A stretch of 30,818 bases of DNA from an uncultured delta proteobacterium. GTDB taxonomy: Bacteria > Desulfobacterota > Binatia > UBA9968. Position numbers and translations under genes: made by a program. Location: contig CAWJBB010000063.1 of the NCBI GenBank assembly GCA_963840855.1, positions 1-30,818 of the forward strand, in the 5' to 3' direction. Below the pieces are notes generated by a model, which ran no database searches, was not told where the DNA came from, and saw nothing but the letters and a program-made list of their open reading frames with translations. Below, in pieces: positions 1 to 9,126 of this stretch; the stretch's first letter is position 1, and each line of letters begins with the position of its first letter.

Positions 1-392
1 CCGCGCTAATTCCAGACACATGTCTCACGTTTCGTCGGTGGCCGATTTCGTGAGTTGAAGCCTATGGTTTTCCCCGAGCGGAGAACACCGGTAAAAAATA
101 AAGCCCATACCATGACCATGCACTATGCCTCGCGAAGAGCCGGCTCTATACAATTAATTTCGTTCCCTTGCTGAAGCCTGCAACAGCATCATGCTGATAT
201 TCGGCTGATCGCCGGCAGAAACCTTGCTACCTCGCATACCTACCCTCGCATGGAAATGTCTCTGGTGCTATAGAGGATTCGAGTCCGGAGTCTCTTGTCT
301 ATGCGCCTTTCGCTTTAACGTAGACCCCCATGGCCGTGGCGGTTCGGTCGAGCACGATCAGCCGCCGATACCAAGGCCGATAGGAGGAGGCC

Positions 393-1487
393 GTGATGCT
401 TAGAGCAATGTTTCTTCTCTTGCTCCTGCCGTCAGCTGCATACGCTCAAAAGGGATGGGAAAAGGAGTGGAACGAAACCCTTGCGGCGGCGAAAAAGGAG
501 GGGCGCGTTAGCGTCGCAGGATCACCGGACCCGGTGATGCGCAACGATGTCATTCCAAAATTTACTTCCCGGTTCGGAATTCAAGTCGAATTCATTGCAG
601 GGCGCGCGAGTCAATACATCGCAAAAGTGCAAACCGAGCGCTCCGCCGGCATCTATTCCGTGGACATTTTCATGACCGGCGTGGACAGCACAGTCAATAC
701 GCTGTATCCGGAAAAACTGATCGATCCTTTGCGGCCGCTGATGATTCTTCCGGAGGTGCTTGATCCATCCAAGTGGAAATCAGGAAAGCCGTGGTTTATT
801 GATCCCGAGCAACGATTTGTGCTCAGGGTCTTTCGCTCCGTGACGGGGCTTTTCTTCTATAATGGCGATCAAGTAAAGGGCGAAGAAATACGCTCGTCCA
901 AGGACCTACTCAATCCCAAATGGCGCGGCAAGATTTCGACCGACGATCCCATGGTAGCCGGAACTGGCGCGGCGAACGCGGCAATGCTCTACGTGGAACT
1001 CGGCGGAGAGTTTGTAAAACGACTATATATCGACCAAAAGCCGGTCTTTTCTCGTGAACGGCGTCAGTACGCGGATTGGCTGGCGCGGGGCACGTATCCG
1101 ATCTGTTTGAGCTGTCGCGAAGACGACGTGAAATCGCTCCGCCAAGAAGGGTTCAAACTTGTGGAGGTTTTTGAGATGTCGGACATAAGCCCGCGGGTGA
1201 ACGGTTCACCGTGGCTTCTTTCCCTCGCTAATAAGGCTCCGCATCCGAACGCGGCGCGCGTGTTTGCGAATTGGATTGCATCCAAGGAGGGGCTTGAAAC
1301 CTACTCCCGAGGCTACGGGACGGCCACGCTGCGCACGGACGTAGACGATTCCTTTCTGGAGCGCGGAACGGTTCCACGCGTCGGCGTCAAATATTTCGAC
1401 GACACGGAATGGAACTGGACTGTCACTGGTAGGAGAGAGGCACGCGAGAAGGTACAGCAATTGTTGAGAGAACATGGCAAAAAATAG
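393..1487 (+). CDS. ABC transporter periplasmic solute-binding protein (Fe3+/thiamine/polyamine-type SBP), orphan
   Basis: Signal peptide (MFLLLLLPSAAYA), AAAKKEGRV N-terminal motif, LLNPKWRGKI and APHPNAARVFANWIASKEG motifs. RBS AGGAGG precedes GTG393/ATG396. No permease or ATPase in the window. Confidence 0.85.
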   Translation: MMLRAMFLLLLLPSAAYAQKGWEKEWNETLAAAKKEGRVSVAGSPDPVMRNDVIPKFTSRFGIQVEFIAGRASQYIAKVQTERSAGIYSVDIFMTGVDSTVNTLYPEKLIDPLRPLMILPEVLDPSKWKSGKPWFIDPEQRFVLRVFRSVTGLFFYNGDQVKGEEIRSSKDLLNPKWRGKISTDDPMVAGTGAANAAMLYVELGGEFVKRLYIDQKPVFSRERRQYADWLARGTYPICLSCREDDVKSLRQEGFKLVEVFEMSDISPRVNGSPWLLSLANKAPHPNAARVFANWIASKEGLETYSRGYGTATLRTDVDDSFLERGTVPRVGVKYFDDTEWNWTVTGRREAREKVQQLLREHGKK

Positions 1488-1492
1488 AAGAG

Positions 1493-1523
1493 AAAAGGGG
1501 TCGGGAGTGGTCGGGAGTCTTTT
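1493..1523. repeat. Left terminal inverted repeat of the RAYT-like element, with internal tandem duplication of GGTCGGGAGT
   Basis: GGTCGGGAGT occurs at 1499-1508 and 1509-1518. The sequence is the reverse complement of 1809-1827 apart from one indel. Confidence 0.8.
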
Positions 1524-1808
1524 CTTGAGAGGGTAGGCCTGGGTGCGATAGATGCCATGGCGAAAATGCCGCGACGACCTCGTCTTGCAACCGGTGGCAT
1601 AGCGTACCATGTCCTGAACCGACGGGTCGGTCGGTTGTCCGTGGCCAATGGAGCGACCACGGGCGTGGATTGACTTCGTAAACGGATTTACGCTCCAGCG
1701 CGCAGCGCGGCCGCCCGTTTGGTAATGAAGAATGGATGATCGAAATTGCACAACAACTTGGCCTTGAATCCTCGCTGCATTCCCGCGGCCGTCCGAAACG
1801 TTCCTAAA

Positions 1809-1827
1809 AAAAGACTCCCACCCCTTT
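1809..1827. repeat. Right terminal inverted repeat of the RAYT-like element
   Basis: AAAAGACTCCCACCCCTTT, immediately after the relic transposase stop codon; inverted partner of 1493-1523. Confidence 0.8.
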
Positions 1828-1887
1828 AATCTCAAGCAAGTCTGATACGGCAGACCACCCCTAAGTGCCCGAGAGGGGATAACGACC

Positions 1888-1965
1888 ATCGCAGGGACAT
1901 CCAGAAATCTGATCGTTCTTTCGGACGGAACCGGCAATAGGGGACTTCTTGTAATCGCGAGTTAA
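1888..1965 (+). pseudogene. 5' relic of a DUF2235 (Tle1-like alpha/beta hydrolase) gene
   Basis: Reads (ATC)AGTSRNLIVLSDGTGN then degenerates to a stop at 1963-1965. xxIVxSDGTGN is the N-terminal DUF2235 motif. GAGAGGGG lies 9 nt upstream of an ATC that looks like a decayed ATG. Confidence 0.5.
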
Positions 1966-2013
1966 CTATGGGATGTACCGTGAAAGCACGAAAATTTTTC
2001 GGGAGGTGATCTT

Positions 2014-2733
2014 ATGGACGCCGCAAAAAAGGCTCACATTGGACTACTGACATCTCGCAGCGGCGACCGGCCCCACTTCGACGACTTGCGCGGCCTGGTT
2101 CCCGCGGAAGTCGGACTTACGATCGAGAGCGTCGGCGTTGGCCCGGAGGCGACTGTTGATGCCAGAACCGAAGCGGTCCTGCGCCGCGCCACGGAAATAG
2201 CGCGGGATCACCCGATCGAAGGCTTGATCATCACCGGCGCGCCGCTCACGGTTCTCAACCCTGATATCGAGAAGAAACTTGCCGAGGCCATCACGATTCC
2301 CGTGACGACCCCCGTTCGCGCCGCCACAGCGGCGTTGCATGCGATTAATGCGCAGAGATTGATTCTCATGACACCGTTCGACGACGAGATCAATTCCCGG
2401 ATCCAAGATAGGCTAAAGCGATCAGGCTTGACCGTGCTTTCGTGCCCTTCCCTTGAATATCTCGGCGCCCGCACGGGAACGCACGTGGCAGCGGATAAGA
2501 TCTTTGGCATCATGGAGAAAATCGTCCATGAAACGCCAGGCGCGGATGCCATCTATTTTCAAGGCGCGCCATTCAATCCCTTGCCCATCATCGACAGAAT
2601 AGAAAGCGAGCTGAAGCTACCTGTCATCGCTAGCAACCCCGCGATGCTGTGGCACATCCTGTCACGCTTGGGTCATAAGTTCTCGATTCAAGGCTATGGC
2701 AGGCTGCTGGCGTCTTGGCCGCCGCTCAATTGA
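2014..2733 (+). CDS. Maleate cis-trans isomerase / arylmalonate decarboxylase-like protein (Asp/Glu racemase superfamily), catalytic Cys apparently absent
   Basis: IPVTT...AALHAINAQRLILMTPFDDEIN, PGADAIYF and ELKLPVIASNPAMLWHIL are collinear with the AMDase/MaiA family. RBS GGAGGTG. Confidence 0.8.
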   Translation: MDAAKKAHIGLLTSRSGDRPHFDDLRGLVPAEVGLTIESVGVGPEATVDARTEAVLRRATEIARDHPIEGLIITGAPLTVLNPDIEKKLAEAITIPVTTPVRAATAALHAINAQRLILMTPFDDEINSRIQDRLKRSGLTVLSCPSLEYLGARTGTHVAADKIFGIMEKIVHETPGADAIYFQGAPFNPLPIIDRIESELKLPVIASNPAMLWHILSRLGHKFSIQGYGRLLASWPPLN

Positions 2734-2956
2734 CTCCAATAGTGAAGCATCAAGGAAAAGTGTGATTTGTCGGGAGCTAGGGGGCAGCGATAACAGGAGT
2801 ACGCTGGAGGATCAAGTCTTGTACTTTGACGTTCTGGTTGGGGTATACCTTTTTCAAAACGATATTCAGCAACCACGCTGACCTAATTCCGGCGGCGCCG
2901 CTGTTGGGGTCATTCAAGAAACTCCACTCAATAAAGCAAAACGTTCCCAGATTGCT

Positions 2957-4915
2957 TCACCGGGCGAGGACCCCGAGAGGTCGAACTCCGACGGGCGAAG
3001 CCCGTGAAGATGGGTCTGTGAACAGAGCGGCCCTCGCGGAGCGTGCAATCTCCGCATACCGCGGGCAACCTGAGGCACGTATATCCGAGCCACAGCTGGC
3101 GAAGGCAAGAAAGTTTATCGGTAGATAGAGGTCGTCATAGGAACGCGCTACGAACGCGCTCACGAGGGTGGGAAGAAGGGACGCTGGCGGTGGCTTTGTG
3201 AAGCGACTCCGGACAACCGTATTGTCTGACGCCAACAAGTGAAAGAATGTGTGATACCCATCGGCACTGGTTCTAACACCGGAGAAATTCTTGAAGCCCT
3301 GCTCGGCGGCGGTCCCTCCTGCTACGGAATAGACACCCTCGGTGAAGGACCATGGTTGATGGTCACCATAGACCAGTAAGACGAAAGGCCTCCCCGTCAG
3401 TCTCTCGATTTGCTTTAACTCTTTCAGCACGAGCTCAAACGCATCAGACGTGGAGATAGCCCGTCTCAGATATTCATTCAGCTGGCAGTTTTCCTCGAAG
3501 GACGCCATCGCCGCGAACGTCGTCAGAAATTGCTGATCATTCTCAAAAGACCGGCAAGGGTGCGGGCCGTGATTCTCGGAGGTACTGATGAAGTAAAAGA
3601 ATGGACCGGAGCTCTTGAAGGCACCATGCTCGATGACCGCCTTGATGATGTCGCGATCAATGAGACTTCCCCAGTCCGCCGGCAAGCGAAGCGCCCGGCC
3701 GTCAATAAATTCCTTGAAGCCATAGGAATTGAACGCCTTCTCCACATTGTAGAAACTACCTTCGACAGGATAAAACGCCGCCGTCTTATATCCCTTCCTT
3801 CCCAGATACTCTACGAAGGAGTTCTTCACCTTCGGTGCGATGTAGAAATGCGTGTAAAAACCCTGGTACCCGAAGATTCTGGAGTCGACTCCGGTGATCA
3901 CCTCGAATTCCGTGACCCAGCTCCCGCCGCCAATGACGTTCACGCGCAGAGGGCCAAGTACCCTCGTCTCGCTTTGTTTGGACCATAACGGCAACTCGAC
4001 ACGTGCAGAAAGTCTGAAAGCGACAGCGGGATCGAAAGTCGATTCTGCATGAAAGAATACGATGTTGGGCAAGAGCGCTTTTGAGGGATGAACTGAGCTG
4101 TTGACGAACGCGGCAGTCGCTAGCCTCAATTCCTTGACGGTGGGAGCATGCCCATGTTCGAGACGGATGTCGGCGCCCACGTCGGCGGCGAAGGAGAATG
4201 CCACATATTCAAGAACGCCTAGCTCCCGGGATAGGGTAACCTGGCTCGACGGTAACCAAAGTTCCCGCCATAGTTTCGATTCCTTGGTGTTAAGGTTGGC
4301 ATGGACAAATCTCCCATACCTTGCCAGGGAAGTCTGGGCAGCGATAAGGACGACCAGAAAAGCAATGGCATTCAAAACGAAGGAAGGTCGCGTCCGGGTT
4401 TCGCCGCGTGATCGCGAAAGCTTGAGATGGTCTAGAAAAGAGTAACCCTTAATCTTATAGAAAACGGACGCGACGAGCGTAAAGGCGAGGATACCGACAG
4501 TGATGGATACGATTCTGTAAAGATCATCGCGTATGCCGACGGCGTTCACAAGAACCGTAGGGTCGGCGATGACCGTTTTCACATCGAAGAATGTTATGGG
4601 CAAAAAAACTCCGGAAATCTTGAGTTCGTTCACGCGACTGAGTGCCTCTAATGCCCCAACTGCGAGCGGAATGCTCAGAAGAAGGAGTCTTGCGGGCAGC
4701 ACCAGCGCGAATAGCATGACAAGAAAGCAGAATGAGTATATTGAGGCGAACTGATTCAGAAAGGTGAGTATGAGTTCGCTGTAGCTGGTCGCCACGAGCG
4801 TGCAGCACGCCACTAGAATGCTCAACGGCTTCGCCTGCGCACGGCACAGATCGGCGTATCCAGGACTGGCCGCCTCCTGGCGATGAGTGTTTGTCGAGGC
4901 TGGCCGGCCCTGCAT
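2957..4915 (-). CDS. LTA synthase/sulfatase-like membrane protein (alkaline phosphatase superfamily phosphoglycerol-transferase type)
   Basis: N-terminal transmembrane segments followed by PNIVFFHAESTFDP, GGGSWVTEFEVITG, ENHGPH and VYGDHQP motifs. True start could lie somewhat downstream of 4915. Confidence 0.8.
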   Translation of the reverse strand: MQGRPASTNTHRQEAASPGYADLCRAQAKPLSILVACCTLVATSYSELILTFLNQFASIYSFCFLVMLFALVLPARLLLLSIPLAVGALEALSRVNELKISGVFLPITFFDVKTVIADPTVLVNAVGIRDDLYRIVSITVGILAFTLVASVFYKIKGYSFLDHLKLSRSRGETRTRPSFVLNAIAFLVVLIAAQTSLARYGRFVHANLNTKESKLWRELWLPSSQVTLSRELGVLEYVAFSFAADVGADIRLEHGHAPTVKELRLATAAFVNSSVHPSKALLPNIVFFHAESTFDPAVAFRLSARVELPLWSKQSETRVLGPLRVNVIGGGSWVTEFEVITGVDSRIFGYQGFYTHFYIAPKVKNSFVEYLGRKGYKTAAFYPVEGSFYNVEKAFNSYGFKEFIDGRALRLPADWGSLIDRDIIKAVIEHGAFKSSGPFFYFISTSENHGPHPCRSFENDQQFLTTFAAMASFEENCQLNEYLRRAISTSDAFELVLKELKQIERLTGRPFVLLVYGDHQPWSFTEGVYSVAGGTAAEQGFKNFSGVRTSADGYHTFFHLLASDNTVVRSRFTKPPPASLLPTLVSAFVARSYDDLYLPINFLAFASCGSDIRASGCPRYAEIARSARAALFTDPSSRASPVGVRPLGVLAR

Positions 4916-5149
4916 CTGTCTAATCTGTCACTCCCGCGCGGATGAAATCCAGAAGCAGGTGATCAATAACTGCAATAACTTCATCTGTCAAGATGTCCTA
5001 GGCGTTCAAGTTTCATCGTGCCTGAATTTCTTGCGCTCCGAACTTGAAACTGATCCAGTTAAGCTTATATACAACCTCCTACATCCCGGTATAATCCCGC
5101 CAACTGGCAAGCTTGAAAACCCAAAAGCTGGAAATAAAGGAGGTACACG

Positions 5150-6052
5150 GTGCCTGAAAACCTGTCCAACATATTCGAGTCCACCGAGCCCACGTTACTT
5201 ACTTCTGGCTGGGGTCGTGCCGAAGGGCCACTCTGGCATGCCGAGGGTTACGTTACCTTTGTGGATCTAGAGGGGAACCGGCTTCTGCGCTGGGAGCCGA
5301 ACGGAACAGTTACGGTGCTGCGGGAGAATACCGGCGAGGGCAACGGCTGCACCCTCGACCGCCAGGGCCGTCTCATCATGTGCGAAGGCGCCGATCACCG
5401 GCGCATTACCCGGATGGAGGCAGATGGCACGGTCACAGCCGTTGCCGAGCGCTGGCAAGGCAAACGGTTCAATAAACCTAATGACGTGGTGTGCCGATCC
5501 GATGGCAGCATCTATTTCACCGACCCCGGGCTGCGCCTTCCCGCAGAGCTGCGGGAGATCGGATTCTCCGGCGTATTTCGCATCGACCCGACGGGGCAAG
5601 TGCACCTGGCCACCGACGAGTGTGAGTACCCCAATGGGCTGGCGTTCTCTCCCGATGAGTCGGTTCTGTACGTAGCGATCAGCCGGCTGGACGAGCGCTG
5701 CTTCCAGGAGGCTGAGCGTGGCGAGGTTTGTAGGCATCGGCGTATCCGAGCGTTCGACGTGGCCCCGGACGGGTCCCTGAGCAACAATCGCGTGTTCTGT
5801 GATATGTCCTCTGCGGATCCCGGCGTCCCCGATGGCATGAAAGTCGATACCGAGGGTCGAGTGTTTTGCGTGGGCTCCGGCGGCATCTGGGTTATTGCTC
5901 CTTCGGGTGAGGTCATCGGCATCGTCCGAATGCCAGACGTGGTTCGCAACCTTGCTTTCGGCGGACCGGATTTTCGCACCCTGTATCTCACCCCACGTGG
6001 TTCCCTCGCCAAACTCGAGGTCAAAACACCGGGGATAGGGGCATTCATCTAG
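5150..6052 (+). CDS. SMP-30/gluconolactonase/LRE family protein
   Basis: AEGPLW, FNKPNDVV..DGSIYFTDP, YPNGLAFSPDE, PDGMKVDTEG and NLAFGGPD motifs. RBS AAAGGAGGT before GTG. Confidence 0.92.
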   Translation: MPENLSNIFESTEPTLLTSGWGRAEGPLWHAEGYVTFVDLEGNRLLRWEPNGTVTVLRENTGEGNGCTLDRQGRLIMCEGADHRRITRMEADGTVTAVAERWQGKRFNKPNDVVCRSDGSIYFTDPGLRLPAELREIGFSGVFRIDPTGQVHLATDECEYPNGLAFSPDESVLYVAISRLDERCFQEAERGEVCRHRRIRAFDVAPDGSLSNNRVFCDMSSADPGVPDGMKVDTEGRVFCVGSGGIWVIAPSGEVIGIVRMPDVVRNLAFGGPDFRTLYLTPRGSLAKLEVKTPGIGAFI

Positions 6053-6385
6053 ATGGACACTGGGTAACAAATTACGCGGTCGTCTCGTGCTCCTCCGGCT
6101 CGGCTGCTAATTTGAATAGTTATCTATGCTTCCTGGTGCTCGACGGCGCTAGCCGCAGAGGATCTCTGCCGAGAGAGTTCAACTTTTTCTTGCGCTCAGG
6201 ACGCCTAGTCGGGTATGTTCCCAAACTCAAGGGTGCGAGGGTTCTCCGTGTCTTGGGCGCGCCGCAGCGCTCGATGGTCGACTCTAGGTGCTGCAGCCAA
6301 TACGAGAGAGGTGCCTTGGCGCCACGGTCCTGGTCGTGTCATGCATGAAAGCGCAACAACACAATGAGAAAGAAAGGAACAGATC

Positions 6386-7147
6386 ATGAGAATTATGTTT
6401 TTGAATAAAGCGCCGAAGTCCGTTTACGACGTCACAGAGATAGAGAAGCTTTTGAACAGCTATGCTTCTCCCGGCACTCGGGTGGAGGTGAACTTTCCCG
6501 ATAATTTCGAGGGTGCGCGGGTCGAGCAAGTGCTCGGCGACCAGATGATGCTCAACGGCCTCGATCATATCATGGAAGCCCCCGCCATCATCCGCAAGAT
6601 CGTCTGGGCCGCGGAAAACGGCTACGATGCGGTGATTCAGAGCAACACCTTTGATCCCGGCGTCGACGGCGCCCGGCTGTGCGTTTCCATCCCCGTCCTC
6701 GGTCCATTTCGCACGACCATCCACGCGGTGGCCAACCTCGTCGATCGGATCGGCATCATCGTGCCGCTCGCGCCGCACATCCCTTACACGTGGCGGCTGC
6801 TGCGTACGATGGGCATGGACGGGTTTGTCACGGGTATCAAAACTCTCGGCGTCTACGGTCCGGACCTCAAGAAACGCCGCCCGGAGATCACCGAGAAAAC
6901 CGCCGGTCTGGTTCGCGCGCTGGTCGATGAAACCGGAGCGCAGGCAGTGCTGCCCTTGGGCGGGGCGCTCATTCCCTATGTGGTAGACCCGGCGGAAGTT
7001 CAGAAGATGACCAACGTGCAGGTATTCAACACCAAGGCGATCTCGATCCGCGTTGCCGAGATGTGCGTAGCACTGGGGCTGAGCCACAGCCAGCTCACCT
7101 ACCCGCGCGGCAAGCTCGCGTATCAGGATTTTCTCTCCAAGGTATAA
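6386..7147 (+). CDS. Hydantoin/allantoin racemase-like protein (Asp/Glu/hydantoin racemase family), catalytic Cys apparently absent
   Basis: ASPGTRV, AAENGYDAVIQSNTFDPGVDGAR..VSIPVLGP and GAQAVLPLGG. RBS AAAGGA. Confidence 0.8.
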   Translation: MRIMFLNKAPKSVYDVTEIEKLLNSYASPGTRVEVNFPDNFEGARVEQVLGDQMMLNGLDHIMEAPAIIRKIVWAAENGYDAVIQSNTFDPGVDGARLCVSIPVLGPFRTTIHAVANLVDRIGIIVPLAPHIPYTWRLLRTMGMDGFVTGIKTLGVYGPDLKKRRPEITEKTAGLVRALVDETGAQAVLPLGGALIPYVVDPAEVQKMTNVQVFNTKAISIRVAEMCVALGLSHSQLTYPRGKLAYQDFLSKV

Positions 7148-7227
7148 CGCGCAGCCGCATCAACCGATACGCAGGATTGTACTGTTGGTAGCCTCCGCAT
7201 CAAACTAGTATCGCAGGAGGGACGACT

Positions 7228-9126
7228 ATGACTGCTCTTTGTCAGCTTGAGGTTTTCAGGATACCTGCTGTTCTTTTGTCCATCGTCTTTCTTGCTTTCG
7301 GCTTGGCTGCGACTGCCGGCGCTCAAATCCTGCTTCCTGAAGAAGTCGTGCGCTTTGCCGACGTCGTCCTCTACAACGGAAAGGTACTAACCGTCGATAG
7401 GGACGATGCAAATTTTAGCGTGCAACAAGCAGTCGCAATCCGGGACGGGAAGTTTTTGGCCGTGGGCGATTCCGACCGCATTTTATCTATGGCCGGGCCG
7501 AGCACGCGGAAAATCGACCTGCAAGGGAAGACCGTCGTTCCCGGGTTTGTCAATTCGGGCTCCGGCGCTTTCGCTTCGGGAGATTGGTCCAAAACGACTC
7601 AGGTGGGGTCACAAATCATGCTGGAGTCGGATTCTGAGGAGGGTGCGCCGAGCCTGCAAAAGATTATCGCCAGTATACGATCACTAGCGGCGCGCGCGAA
7701 GCCGGGCGATCTGATTTATTTTGCGGCACCGGATGCGTACCCGGCGGAACTCCGCGCTTGGACGTTTCGCGATCTCGATAACGTTGTGAACAACAACCCT
7801 ATGGCAATCGTCATGGGTGGAAGCAATGTGGTGGCGAACTCCGCGATGATGCAGCTGGCGTTCCGCAAGGGCCTCTCTGAGGAGATGTTCTGCGTCATCA
7901 AAGACAAGAGCGGAAAACCGACGGGACAGTTTTGCCAAAAGGCGGCCGGCTTTATTCTAAGTCAGCTCCGGCCGTGGCCGGATCGGCAGACCTTGGAATC
8001 CATGGCAGAACGCTTTCGCAAGCGGCTTTCCGTCAGAAGCGGCGTCGGGATTACCTCGCAGATCGGATGGTCCACGGCGCTCGATTTCCTGGTTGCTCAG
8101 TCCCTTTATCGCAAGAACGATCTCCCCATGCGCTTGTTTATGACGGTGGATCTGCGCACGGATCCTAACCTGGATTCTTTATTGAAGCGCGTCGGCAACA
8201 TTGTGGATTTCTCATTAGGAGACCGGGTGCAGATTGTGGGAGCGAATATTCGAGGGATGGATACTTCTCCCGACTCGCCGGACAACATCCTGAGCGACGC
8301 GCCGCGCGGCAAAGTTGCGAGCGTTCCTGATTTACCTGGAGATCCAAAAAGGATGGGAGAAAACCAGATGGTGTCCACTACCTGGACCGGGAAGACATGG
8401 GAAGAGCTTACCCATGAAGAAAGGCGCCAAACGGAATGGGGTACGATTATGGATGCGGCGAAATTGGGTTGGAATTTTGTCGCCGTCCACAACCAGGGCG
8501 CTCGGGCGCGCGAGATTTTCCTGGAGATCTTCGAAGCTGCCGACGGCCAGGAGAATATCTTGCTACCGCGGTTTCATCCGCAAGCGCTTGACCGCAATGT
8601 CCAGTGGAACCCGAAAGTCATCGATCGTGCCGGTCAGCTGAAAGATCGTCTTCGCTTCGGATTGAACAATGTGCTGTTTGATCCCAGGCGGCGAAGAGAA
8701 CTGCTCGTGGAGCAATGGGGGGAACGGCTGCCCTCTATGCAACCCGCTAAAGATCTTTTAGAAAAGGGGGTGCGGATTCATCTGGAACTGGGAGAAAGTC
8801 GCACGCGGATGCCGCTGGCGGTCATTCAACAGGTCGTGACACGAAAAGATCAAAACGGGAAGGTTTGGGGCGCTCAACAAGCAATCGACAGGAAGACCGC
8901 CTTGTTGCTCTGTACCCGCCGGGCGGCCGACTTCATCGACAGAACTCAAACCATAGGATCGATCGAGCCCGGAAAGTTGGCCGACCTGGTCGTATTAGGT
9001 GGAGATTTTTTGGCAGTGCCGGACGACCAGATTGCGTCGATTCCTGTCGACATGACCATGGTCGGCGGCACGGTCGTGCATGAGCGAGGAAGCCCTAAGC
9101 CAGCGCCGGTACGAAATCCAAAATAG
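7228..9126 (+). CDS. Exported amidohydrolase family 3 (YtcJ-like) protein with degenerate metal site
   Basis: Signal peptide ending ATAGA-Q; ADVVLYNGKVLTVD, AVAIRDGKFLAVG, IDLQGKTVVPGF; C-terminal GSIEPGKLADLVVL..TMVGGTVV. RBS GGAGG. Confidence 0.85.
   Translation: MTALCQLEVFRIPAVLLSIVFLAFGLAATAGAQILLPEEVVRFADVVLYNGKVLTVDRDDANFSVQQAVAIRDGKFLAVGDSDRILSMAGPSTRKIDLQGKTVVPGFVNSGSGAFASGDWSKTTQVGSQIMLESDSEEGAPSLQKIIASIRSLAARAKPGDLIYFAAPDAYPAELRAWTFRDLDNVVNNNPMAIVMGGSNVVANSAMMQLAFRKGLSEEMFCVIKDKSGKPTGQFCQKAAGFILSQLRPWPDRQTLESMAERFRKRLSVRSGVGITSQIGWSTALDFLVAQSLYRKNDLPMRLFMTVDLRTDPNLDSLLKRVGNIVDFSLGDRVQIVGANIRGMDTSPDSPDNILSDAPRGKVASVPDLPGDPKRMGENQMVSTTWTGKTWEELTHEERRQTEWGTIMDAAKLGWNFVAVHNQGARAREIFLEIFEAADGQENILLPRFHPQALDRNVQWNPKVIDRAGQLKDRLRFGLNNVLFDPRRRRELLVEQWGERLPSMQPAKDLLEKGVRIHLELGESRTRMPLAVIQQVVTRKDQNGKVWGAQQAIDRKTALLLCTRRAADFIDRTQTIGSIEPGKLADLVVLGGDFLAVPDDQIASIPVDMTMVGGTVVHERGSPKPAPVRNPK

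Larger units (their letters stand above)
1493..1827 (+). mobile_element. Non-autonomous, internally deleted Y1/HUH (RAYT/IS200-like) transposase element bounded by inverted repeats
   Basis: 1566 ATG reads MPRRPRLATGGIAYHVLNRRVGRL (RAYT N-terminus). It then jumps across frames to PWPMERPRAWIDFVNG and LRSSAQRGRPFGNEEWMIEIAQQLGLESSLHSRGRPKRS* (stop 1805-1807; RAYT C-terminus). Flanked by AAAAGGGGTCGGGAGT(GGTCGGGAGT)CTTTT and AAAAGACTCCCACCCCTTT. Confidence 0.8.

Noticed and set aside
1-392. Possible gene start or RNA in the first 390 bp
   Set aside because: Only short ORFs closed by stops and no recognisable RNA motif; left unannotated.
1499-1518. Tandem GGTCGGGAGT as a CRISPR or iteron array
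   Set aside because: Only two adjacent 10-bp copies without spacers; it is part of the element end.
1206-1937. 243-aa minus-strand ORF spanning the SBP end and the intergenic region
   Set aside because: No recognisable domain; the region is better explained by the plus-strand transposase relic and DUF2235 stump.
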